Origin: the human T2T-CHM13v2.0 reference genome, Homo sapiens
Strand: one strand, 5' to 3'
Assembly (NCBI RefSeq): GCF_009914755.1
Contig: NC_060925.1
Length of the DNA stretch: 64,000 bases
This document shows, piece after piece, positions 40,683 through 54,500 of the stretch. How positions within the stretch are numbered: position 1 is the stretch's first letter; every line of letters begins with the position of its first letter. Below the pieces are notes generated by a model. That model saw nothing but the letters and a program-made list of their open reading frames with translations. It was not told where the DNA came from and made no database searches. The position numbers were made by a program, and so were the translations under genes.

Positions 40683-43600
40683 ATCATCTAATTGTATAAT
40701 GAGGAAACCAAGGAGCAAGAGGAGAAGGAACCTGCTTAAGCTTTCATCATGTACTGGCCACCAGAGTCGCAAATGTTGGCCAACATCAGGAGGCTGGTTT
40801 GAGGAAAAAATACTTCCGTAGCTTTTGAAAGTATTAGTCGACTTCAAAATGTGCAAACCCTTTGACCCAGTAATTCTACTGTTAGGAAATTAGCTTAATG
40901 GTTAATTAGCTGAAATGATGAAGATTTAGCTATAAGGAAGTTTATCAAAGCACATTAAGAAAGACAATAGTTACATAAACTGAAATTTACTTTATGTCAG
41001 ACATTGTCCTAGGTGCTTTGCATACATTCTCATTAAATCCTCAAAACAACCTTTCATCTAAGATGAAAAAACTGATACTCAGGTTAATTAATTTTCTCAA
41101 GTACACACAGTTAATAATGTTAAGAACTTGGGTTGGAATCCACATCTATTTGATTCTAAAACATCTCTTATACCATACCTTCTGTATAAAGTCAGAAAGT
41201 CATCTTCAGGGGCCCCAAATGGAAATGCTAATGATTGGGAATTGGTTAAATACATTATGTGCATTAATACAATAAAATACAATAAGCCATTATATAAGCA
41301 CTCTCCTCCAGGGTCACTTGTCACATGTCATGTTGTAGGTTAATATCTGATGATGTAGTATATAGTAAAAAAAAAAGGTTGATTATACATGTAACTTAGT
41401 GTGTGACATGTAGATACATTTACTGGTTAGAGTGGGTAGATAAATAAATATGAAAACATGAATCTCCATTATTTCTGGATAGGATTACAGGCAAATTTTA
41501 AGTTTGATTTTTAATATTTATAATTTGCTACAATGAACAAAGGATGAATTTAATGAGAAGAAAAAAAGAATTTATATTTCAAAACAAAGAGGTTTCCAGT
41601 ACGTAGGGAGACAGGATTTCCTAAAAAGATATTTCTAAGACAGCATCTTTAGTTTGAATTTATGCTTCATCATATTAGCCTTTACCTCTCCAGACAAAGT
41701 TCATCCACCTATTTGGTAAGTCAAATTGGCAGTGTTTCACTAGTTAAAAGGGTTAATTTCCTTGGACTTAGCAGACGTACCTGGGCAGTTAACGCTGCTA
41801 AGGCACCTGAGTATCAGAGGGATTTTAGGGCATGTTCCCTCTGTTCTGTGGTTAGAGGAATCTAATAATATCCCACCATTTCTTTTTCTTCTTCCTTCTC
41901 CTGAAAATGCAGCAGGTAAAGTTCCTGATTGAATTCCATCTTGATTTCATTAAATATTCATAAAGGCCAATTAGAAGAGGAGAGAAAGAGCCCCCTTCTA
42001 TCATCCTGTCAGAGGTCGGCTTGTTGACCGTCAGGCATGGGCCAGCCAGTGGTCAACATGGCCATGATCTTCCTGCACTTTCCTCTGGGGTCACTTCTCA
42101 CCATCCCAGCAAGGGACCCAGGACTGGCAGGAAATGAGAGGCAGAGGCCTGGCAAGGAGAGACAGCTTATAATTCTGACAGCAAGGTGCTTAGCATGTAG
42201 AATGCAAAATGCAAATGCTGGGAAACATCCTCAATCATTTCTGGAATGGAAATCTTTCCCTAATGAGCGATGACGATGGCAGAGAGCTGATTGCACTGAA
42301 GAAAAACTGCTTAAAATTCATAATCAATCAAGCGAGTTGATTTTAGTCTTTTGTAACCAAGCTATCCCATTCTAGCTTCCTTTATTGGCCAACTGGAGCT
42401 TATCACTCCCTACCTTGTTCCCTTCATCTAGCTCAGATGGTAGGTCCCACTGGAGACCCTGAAAGAGACTCGAGCATATCAGGAAGGTAGACTGGTAGGA
42501 CTCAGAAGAGCGCATCCATTCTGATCATTTAATTTTACAGTTGGGGTGTGGAGGATAAGAGAAGGCAAAGGACTTGACAATGTTACATAGGCAGTGGCAG
42601 TGCAACTAGCTTTCTGTCTGCAAGCCATTGAAGAATGCTATGAAAGAAAATGTACCAAAAGTCTAGAGTTCTACATTTGGGACCGGTTTTACTATGTGAT
42701 ACTGGAACAAAGCTGTGTAGTATTGGAACTAAGTGTTTATGCTATTTGCAGGTTGCCATTCAAAAATGGCGATGGCAATAATAATGCCTTTCTCCCTACT
42801 TCACAGGGTTCTTGTGACACTCACATAATAAAAAAGGATATAAAAGTGCTTTGAAAATGGCAAAGCACCCTGCTATTATTAAACATCTCCTTTCATTTTC
42901 CAGGCCCCTAGGTACTCCCCCTCTAAATCATATTCCACACAGGTATCTGCAAGTTCTTTTTAAAACTCCGATCTCACCTTGCCATTTCCCTGTTTAACTC
43001 CTCTCACATTGTCCTTTGGACAAAGTCTAAGCTCTAAGTCTGGCATTGAGGAACCTTCACCATTTTGGGAATTTGTCTTCTCTTCTCGAGCTTCAGTTTC
43101 CTGTTCATAAAACAAGAAAACTAATACCTACCTGAGAAGGCTGCTGTGATTAGAATTCACATCTACAAAGTGATCAGAATGGCTTCTGGCACATCATAGC
43201 TGGCCTATGTAGCTTAATTATAATCTTACTAAGTTTCACAACAATTCTGGAAGATGGCTACAGAAGAAGCAACTTCCACTCTGATTTTACAAGACACGAG
43301 AAGCCCAGAGAGGTGAAGACATTTAATAATGGCTGCACAGCCAGAACTCAGACCTGAGATTTCACTCTTGGGCTTTTGGCTCATGGAGGCAGGGGATGCA
43401 ATGGGGAGTAGGTAGGAGGAGAAGCAGGTGTGGTGCTACCTCAGGCTGCCAGCATGAAATGATTCTTTTCTGAGATACCTCTGCCTAGTCCAAAAGGTAG
43501 AGAATATAATTTTCCTTTCTTTCTTTTTTTTTTACTAGTACAAATAAAAGGATTTATTTTGAAGCAAACTAATACTTGAAAAAAAGCAGCTTTAATTAGA

Positions 43601-43774
43601 CAATGATACAAAAGTACGTATTCTTTTTGGGACTAGTTCTGAATGAGACTTTTGGGGTCTTCAAGGGTTTCACAGGCTAAGTGCACTTGTTATTTCAGAT
43701 TTCTAATTTGCCTTTTAAATGGCAGATTTATCCCTAGTACAACTTTTACGCTTATTAACATTGATGCCATTTGT

Positions 43775-45547
<1,773 letters not shown>

Positions 45548-45619
45548 ATGCCCTTTGTGTTTGATCCACAAAAAGGGAGAGACATCCAGAGCTGAAGAGT
45601 TTTCCCTGAGAATTTTGTC

Positions 45620-45989
45620 AAGAGCGTCGCTCTCCAGGTACACGCCCCCCGTCAAAGGCGGCTCTAAGGTCCTCTCACGAGGGAGCGCCCGTGGTACCTC
45701 CTTACTCTCAGCTATCTGTCTCTCCCCGACCCCAGAGTGATTGCGCTGCTTCCTCCAGAGGGCGGGAACCTTGGACGTGGCGGGGCTGGGTCAGCCACGT
45801 CGCTGGGCCTGAGGCGCTCGGCTCAGCCTCCCTGCAGGCTGGCCTTCCGCACCGTCGTGATGCCCCCGACAGGCCCCACACCTGCCCAGGTAGAACGGCG
45901 CCAGCCCGAGTGACGCCTGGCGTGTAGCCGTGGGCAGGCGGCTCAGTGCCGCGGGGCGGGCGGGCGCCACACCTGTGCGGGCGAGGGCC
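45620..45989. promoter_or_regulatory. Intragenic CpG island with GC boxes, a CTCF-like motif (45752-45765) and paired GACGTGGC elements
   Basis: About 35 CpGs in ~370 bp by hand count, in an otherwise CpG-depleted window; ggggcgggcgggcg at ~45953-45966. Confidence 0.85.
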
Positions 45990-47094
45990 TATAATTTTAT
46001 TTTCTAACATGATCACAAGGCCATAGGTTCTAGGCCTGTCCAACTTCTCTTGCCTCATTTCAAACTAGTGGAAAATGAAATGAAGCAAAGGATGGTTATC
46101 TTATGCTAAACAGTTGCTTGAATAAAAAAGGAAAAATGAAATTCTCAAACAATAAGTTAATAGTTTTTTTTTTTTTTCTCAGCTTCTCCTCTAAGCCGCA
46201 TTTCCAGGCAGCAAAGAGAAATTGAGTGGAAATGCATAAATTGTTGCAAACAAATGTCTCATTCAAGAGAGATTTTCTCAAGATACCAGGCTCCATATGA
46301 GGTAGCTGGGTGAGTCTTTGGATGGGAGTAGAGAAACCTGGATCTGGCCTCACTTGGCTTAATCTTTTCTTTCCTGTTCTTCTTATGCATCAACTCAGGC
46401 CTGCTACAAGTCCTAGATCCACACTGATATGAAACAAAATGACGAGCATTCCAAAAATTCAACTTTATTCTTTCATTCATTTAACAAATATTTATTGAGC
46501 ATCTACTATGTCCCAAGCTCTTTGCTAGGTGGAATACAAAGTTAAGAAAACAGACACAGATTCTGCCTTCATCTAGCATTTACAGTTTATTATGGGAAGA
46601 AAGACTTTTTAAAATAATCAAATATTCATGTATATGATTTCACCCTTTAATAAGTATCATGAAGAAATAAATATTGGGAGCTAGGAAATATTTAACAGGA
46701 ATATCTGATATAATTAGGGGCTGGGGTGGGGTCAGAAAAGATTTCCATGAGGAGGAAACATTTGAGCTGAGGGGCATTTGGAGTTATGAAGGCAAAGGGA
46801 TGTGAGTGGGGTGGGGTTGGAGTGCTCCAGTCAGAGAGGACAGCTTGTATTAAGGCTCTGAGGTAAAAGGGAGCAATGGCATATTCAAGGAATTGAGAGA
46901 CCAGAGTGTCTGGAGTATAGAGATGGGGACCAAGAAAGATGAGGCTAGAGAGGAGAGAAGGGTGCAGACCCCACACAGCCTTCTAGGCCAGGGAATATAA
47001 GCTGGGAAACAAATTATTCTAAGCATGAGAGAAGCCATTAAAGAATTTTTAAAAGAGGATGGGCATGATCAGATTTGTATTGCAAAAAATCCAC

Positions 47095-49040
47095 TAAATC
47101 CTAGCAGGCTTTGTTATAAAAATGTCATACTAATTCTGAAATTCATATGAAAATGCAAAGGACCTAGAATACCCAAAATAACTTTGAGAAAGAACAAAGT
47201 TGATGTACTGACACTACCTGATTTAAAGACTTATTATAAACCTACAGTAATCAAGACAGTGTGGTTTGGTTTTAGCATAATTAGATCCATAAAACAGAAC
47301 AGAGTCCAGAAATAGACCCACACATATATAGACAACCAGTTTTCAACAAAGATTTGAAAGCAATTCAGTGGAGAAAAAAACAGTTTTTTCAACAAATGGA
47401 ACTGAAACAATTGGTTATCCATATGGGGGAAAATAAGAATTTTGATCCATACCTCACACCACATATGTAAATTCATTCAAAATGGCACATAGTCCTAAAT
47501 GTAAAACCTGAAACTCTAAAATTCTGGAAGAAAACATAGGAGAAGACCTTCATAACCTTAGATTAGGGAAAGATTTCTTAGAGACAACACCAAAAGCATG
47601 ATCCATAAAAGAGCAAATTGATCAAAATTTCAAAACTTCTAATTGAAAGAACTGTTAAGAGAATTAAAAGACAAACCATAGATTAGGAGAAAATATTTGC
47701 AAATAATATATCTGATAAAGGGCTTGAATCTAGAATATGTATATAAAAACTCTAAAATGAAATAATAAAAAAGCAACCTAATTTTAGTAAAAGCGGGCAA
47801 AAGATCTGAACAGATGCTTTACTGAAGGAGATGTATAGATGGTAAATAAGCACATAAGAAAGGCTCAATATCATTAGTCATTAGGAAAATGCAAATTAAA
47901 ACCACAATGAGATATCACTAGACAACTATTAGAATGGATAAAATTAAGACTGCCCATACCAAGTGTTGGTAAGGAATGAAGGAACTGGAATTGTCATACA
48001 CTACTGTTGGGAATATAAAATAGCACAGCCACCTTGGAATGAAGTTTGGCAATATCTTAAAATATTATATGTAAACTATCATATGATCCAGACATTCCAC
48101 TCCTGGGTATTTTTCCAAGAGAAATTAAAGTATATGTCCTTGCAAAAAGTTGTATATGGGTGTTAAAAGTAGCTTTATTCATAATAGTCAAAACCTGGAG
48201 AAAATTCAAATGTGCACCAATTCGAACCTGGAAATAAGCAAATTGTGGTATATCTATACAATAAAATACTACTCGACAATAAAAACGAATGACCCACTGA
48301 TGCACACAACATGGATGAATCTCAGAATGATTATTCTGAGTAAAAGAAGCCTGACAAAAAGCATACATATTGTATAATTCCATTTTTATAAAATTTTAGA
48401 AAATGCTGTATAATTCTGTTTATGTAAAATCTAGAAAATGCAAACTATAGTGACAGAAAGAAGAGCTTGTGGTTATGTGGGGATGAGTGGGAATAGGGGA
48501 GGGAGTGAGAAGAAGAGATTACATAGGGGCACAAGGAAAAGTTTGAGGGTGGTATATTGTTTATAATTTGATTGTGGTAATAGTGTATTGATCCATTTTT
48601 ATGCTGCTGATAAAGACACACCTGAGACTGGGCAATTTACAAAAGAAAGAAGTTTGTTGGGCTTACAGTTCCACATGGCTGGGGAGGCCTCACAATCATG
48701 GCGGAAGGTGAAGGGCACGTCTTACATGGCAGCAGACAAGAGACGAGAGCTTGTGCAGGGAAACTCCCCATTATATAATCATCAGATCTCATGAGACTTG
48801 TTCACTATCATGAGAACAGCACAGGAAAGACCTGCCCCCATAATTCAATTACCTCCCACCAGGTCCCTCCCACAACACTTGGAAATTCAAGCTGAGATTT
48901 GGGTGGGGACACAGCCAAACCATATCAGATAGTTTCTTCAGTGTATACATATGCCAAAATGTATCAAATTGTACAGTTTAAATATGTGCATTTTATTGTA
49001 TATTAATTATATCTCAACTAATTTTTTTAAAATAAAAAAC
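47095..49040 (+). mobile_element. L1MB/MC-type 3' segment
   Basis: aattcatatgaaatgcaaaggacctagaata..ccagaaatagacccacacatatat..aattatatctcaac. Confidence 0.88.
48584..48927 (-). mobile_element. THE1B-like solo LTR
   Basis: tgtatt..gctgctgataaagaca..cctgagactggg...ggggacacagccaaaccatatca. TSD aatag/gatag. Confidence 0.93.
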
Positions 49041-50725
49041 CATAAACTAGATGTTATGAGGAAAATGAATAGGGACTATATGGTGGTAGTGGGAGGGAAG
49101 GCACAAGTGAGTTTACAATGAACAGTTAGAAGACTATAATAAAAGTCCAGGAGTCTGATGTTGATAATCTAGAAGAGAAGAAAAGCAGTGGAGATGCTGA
49201 GAAGTAGAAGGATCCAAAGTATTTAGTGGTTAAGAAGGAAAGAACTGGTGGTGGATTGGAAAGAGAGGAGTGCAGTGGTGACGAGTGAGGGCTAAAGGAT
49301 GAAATCTAGATTTTTGGACTGCCTACTCTGTGCCATAGTGAAATTTATTCAGTATTCAAGGAATACAGAAGGAAGCCCTCATCTCCTTTTTCACATTCAT
49401 CCCCTCCATATCCCCATTATCACATCCCTGGTTTAGATGGTATCATCTTTTGCTTGCATTGGTACAAAGCTTCTTCCCTAATCTTCTCATCTCTAGATTT
49501 GCCTTTGGCAATTGAACCTTACACTAGAGACTGCAGTAAACTTCCTAAATGCCCTGTCTGGCCATTTCACTCTCATGCTAAATTCCTTCCCATAACTCCC
49601 CATTGCCCTCAGGATGATGTTCAAGATCCTTAGCCTGGCACTTGTGAGGCCTTCTAAGACTTGGCCCCTCTCATCTTCTGCAGTCCTCTGGCTCTGCCTG
49701 CCAACACCTGGACTTAGCTCCAGATATAATGAATTGCTTGTAGCTTCTTGGATCTTCTCACCTCCTTGCCTGTGCATAAATTGATTTCATTTGCCCCAAA
49801 CTTGCTTCTTATAATGTCATCCGGTGCTCAAGGCTTAGTTTGTGCTCTTTCAGCATTTTGTGGATCCTTTTATCAGAGCAAATATTTCTCTAATTGGAAT
49901 TTGTCTGCAACTCTGATTTGGTCTCTGTTCTTGGACCTTTTTCTCTTTCATCTCTATACAGATCTCCTTTAATCTCGCCTCCAAGTCTGGTAATCTGTTT
50001 GTTTCTCCTGGAACCCTCCCAGAATCTGAGTCCTATCCAGATTAAGTGAGGTTCAAGTGCAGAGTCGGTGCCTGAGGGATATCTGTGGAAGGCATGACAG
50101 CCTCAGCTTTGAGCCTCAGGCTTTGCTTCCTATGTGTAATGTTGACAGTTCTAATCAGCTATTTGCTTGTAGACTTGGCCTGACTCCCCAGTCCCTGGGA
50201 TCTGCCTATCCACTGAGAGCTCCCTACTTTATCTTGTAGATTACTGGCTCAGCTCAATGGGAGACTCTTAACAGGATTTGGACACCAGGTGATGGCTTCA
50301 GTGATGTTGTCAGGGTTTGGTCTCTTGTTCAGCACTTCTCCTACCACTAGAGGCATGCACTGGACACTCCTTGTCTTTCATGCCTCACCTAGTGCCAGAG
50401 TTCCTTCCTTCCTCACACATTGTTTGACTCTATGGAGTCAAACCTGTGCTAGGCATTGGGGAGATAAAGACAGGTGAGATATAGTCACTGGCCTCAGGTA
50501 GCTCCAAATGTGTCACCAAACAAGTTGTTCCCACCTCCTTGCCTGTGTGTAAATTCTCATTCCCTGATTCTTGGTTTCCCCATCTGTAAAATAATGTTTA
50601 AGGTGCTTTTTCCTTTAATAACCTCATGCTTCTGAGATTAGGATGGAGCAAGTGACAGGAAGGTGAAGAAGAGTAAACTGTAGATGAAGAAAAGCTAAAC
50701 ACCTGAAAGAAAACCTGCAGCATTA

Positions 50726-51049
<324 letters not shown>

Positions 51050-51249
51050 TTACTGCTTGGCTAATTAGTTAACTTATCTATGAAAGAAACAACTATGGTT
51101 GTGCTGAAACATGCACGGCCATGGGTTGCTGTCATTGCTCAAAGTCTAGTGTTTGTATTTAAAGCATGGACTATAAAGCGAGTAGCATGTCAAATGTTTA
51201 TTTGACAGTTTAAGACAAGTTTCTGAGATGCATGGCCTGTGTCTTCAGA

Positions 51250-51500
51250 AGGCAGTTTAGAGTAAAGGTTAAGAATAAAGTTTCAGAGCTGTCTGTCTCT
51301 ATTCAAATACGAGCTCAACAAATTCTTGGTTGTGTAAACTTGAGCTAATAACCATGCCTTTCTGTGCCTCTGTTTCCTCATATGTAAAATGGGGATATAA
51401 TAAAAACCTACCTCTGGAGTGATTGTGAGGATTAAATAAGTTAATAAACATTAGCATGAGGTCAGTGCTCAATAATTATTGAACAATATTAGCAATAATT
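51250..51500 (+). mobile_element. MIR
   Basis: tctgtgcctctgtttcctcatatgtaaaatggggata..gtgaggattaaataagttaata. Confidence 0.8.
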
Positions 51501-54500
51501 ATTTTTATCTAAAAAGATCTAAGACCAATTTTGATTTCCCAAAGAAGAAACATGTAATTACCAACATAGAAAAACTTCAATGCAAGAATTATGAACAAAC
51601 CTAACATTCATGTGTTGCTGCTTCCATTGGCTCATGCTTCTTCCCAGTGTCATAAGGCGAGACGCTGTACACAGTCTGCAGTTGCAAGGCTCACGACACT
51701 CTCCAATAATAAATGTGATCATGTTCCCTGGAGGATTTTCTGTTTCAAAATTATAATTACAATCCAATGGCTTAATTTAATTAGATCCTTCAATCTACCT
51801 AAAAAGCTGGTGCAGAATAGAATAGGAAATTATGAGCCTGGGTAACTAACGAGGAATCTTTAGGAGGTGGAATCATAAATTGTGGGTTACTCATTGGATG
51901 CAAAGCCCTGTCCTTTTCAAGGGCCCTCAACCTTCAGAATCTTTCAGTCCTACCAGCCCCTCTATGAAAGACACTTACAACAAGAGGGAAGCAAAAAGCA
52001 CAGTTTCCAAGAAGTTTATTTGTATGCTTGCAGGCCTTCTAATTTTACATTTACCACTTATGGTAAAAATTTAGGGACATAAATATTGCAACAATGTTTG
52101 GTAACAAATGTACTGCAATGTCTTCAAAACATAGTCAAAAAAGTAATGTAGAAATCATTGAGAATAAATACTAATTTGAATGCAACCCAAAACACAGTTA
52201 TAATAAACAATGGAAGAATTAAAAAGATAATCAATGTTTCTCATATAGAAGGTTTCTGAAATTAAAAGAAGTTTAACAGCTCTCATTTATTTGAGAACTT
52301 CCTGTTCTTAGCACTTCATAGAAATTTTATTCTCTCAATAACCCTTTGAAGTAAGTGTTAGTGTTATCTCCTTTTTACAGATGGGAAAACTAAGGCATAG
52401 AATGATTAGGTAATTTGCCTACACTGACTCTAGTGACTGTGTGTAAAGTTCAGGCCCACCTAGACTTGCTATGTCACATAGGTGATGAATGTACCTTTGG
52501 TTGAGATCCACCATTCTAAGTATTATCCCCAAATCAGACATGGCAATACTACCACAGCAACAATTACCCAGGCCCTCTAGCTTTCACTGACTGACAATGC
52601 CTAGTAGTATTCATCCATTTATTTGAAAAATACTGATTGACCACTTCCAATGTGCCAGACTCTTACAGGAACTAGGAATATAATGATGAATAAAAGTGAC
52701 AAAAATTCCTTCCCCCCATGGAGCTTACTTTTAAATGAAGGAAACAGACAATAACTAAAATGAGTAAAATTTATAGGATTTTAAGGTAGTGCTAAGTGTC
52801 ACGAAGCAAATCAAAAAGGGAAGAAAGATATAATGGGTGTTCAGGTATTAACTTAAAATTTTAGATAGGGAAGGTAAGGGAAATCTCACCAAGAATGTGA
52901 CATGAAAAACCAAAGAGGGGAGGGAACCATGAAGATAAGAGGTATGTTAATATTAAACAATAAACTTAATCTTCCTGTTCACCCATGAAAACAAACATAG
53001 CATGTTATTTTACCTAGAAAATAAAACTCCTCTTGGAGAGAGATAAATCATGTACTGATTTTGACTGTGTGCCAGGCATCATGCTAGGCACTGTGGAGTA
53101 TGCAGAGACAAAAGACAGAGTCCCTGCCTTTAGCAAGCTTGGGTTACTGGGGAGAAAAGTATGTGAGGGATGGCTGTCTTATAAAGTATGTGAGGGAGGG
53201 GCAGTAAGTTTTAAAACAGAGGAATAAACAATTCTACAGAGGAAATGGTTACGACAAATTGGAAAGGGATTAGGGGTGAGGGAGGTAGACTTTGGAGCTG
53301 AGATGGGCCCCCAGGTCAGAGGAACAAATGGAACAGCATATTCAGAGTTGGGGGCCTGGAAAACAGAGAAATGCTGGTAATGACATTGTATGCAGATGGA
53401 GCGAGGGGAGCTAGGGAAGATTTGTGAGAAAGGTAAAAGGAGGTAAAAATTTATCTAATTTGGTTATTTCCTGTCATGAAAACAAAGAAATAAAATGATT
53501 TGCATTAATTGGCTTATGTGATTAGGCAGCTTAATACAATATAGAATCATTTTAAATCTGCAGAGGAATGATGTGAGCTATAAATAAGTAAATAAGTACA
53601 TTGTACAATAGATGACTGAAGAAGATACGTTTCCTTCTGTGGTCACAAAAAACCACTTCACTGTCTGTACATCTGAGCTGAGTTTACATCAACTGTGAAA
53701 AACAGCCAGGCCTGCAGAGGTATGGAATATGGTCTTGAGGTAAGATGACAAGAACTGGTGACATCTGGGATGCCACTTAAACTTTCTGTATCTTGCTTCC
53801 CTCACTGGACAATGTGGGAGATCTTTACACTGCCTGCTTTTTAGGGCTGTGTAGTTTCAATGTGGTCTTGGATATGAAAAGCATTTTGCGAGCTTTAAAG
53901 CACTGAGTTAGCACCCACACGCAACTTTGCCTTATTGAATTTAAGTGAAAAATTTTAAGTGAGAATTAGAGATTGGAGGGAATCTTTCTCCTTCTTATGT
54001 TAGCCATGTGGATTTGGGAAAATCTTAGAACCTCTGTTTTCTCATCTAGAAGATGGAGTCTAATAATAACTAACAAGATAGTAATAAAGTTTGAATAAAA
54101 TAATGTAGCTGTCATACTATGTTGCTGAATAAATGAGCACTTCTGTTCAAGCACTCTAAAGGTCCACGTGTTTCTCAAAAGCAGGAGAGTGGGCATAATC
54201 TATGACCATAGTTTATTATTATAATCTATAAGTGTTCCATTCTGGAGCAAGCCAGGGGGGAAAGGCCTGGTGGTAAGACACCCTGAAGCCTTATATCAAG
54301 CAGCCTGAGGGAAGCTCTAGCCTACGCAATTCATCATTCCATAGCCTGGAGGTCCTCACCCTGAAATGATTCACATCTGCAATCTTTTGGGGTCCCTGAC
54401 CCTTATTCAGGTCAGCTCAAATAACTTTTGCTGGGTACATGCTGTTTCAGTCATAATATAGGTGCTAAGATATAGACAAGGTTAAAATTCAGAGGGGGCT

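Larger units (their letters stand above)
46473..49370 (-). mobile_element. L2 (minus strand) interrupted by L1 and THE1B
   Basis: ttcattcatttaacaaatatttattgagcatctactatgt...; the L2 resumes after ~49040. Confidence 0.75.

Noticed and set aside
45708-46058. 116-aa minus-strand ORF across the CpG island
   Set aside because: Long ORFs are expected in GC-rich sequence. It spans the insertion boundary and stops before the candidate donors, so it cannot fuse in frame to AGBL4.
53628-53692. Minus-strand exon-like segment after tttttcacag
   Set aside because: Very weak donor (AAC|GTATCT) and stops in all three frames.
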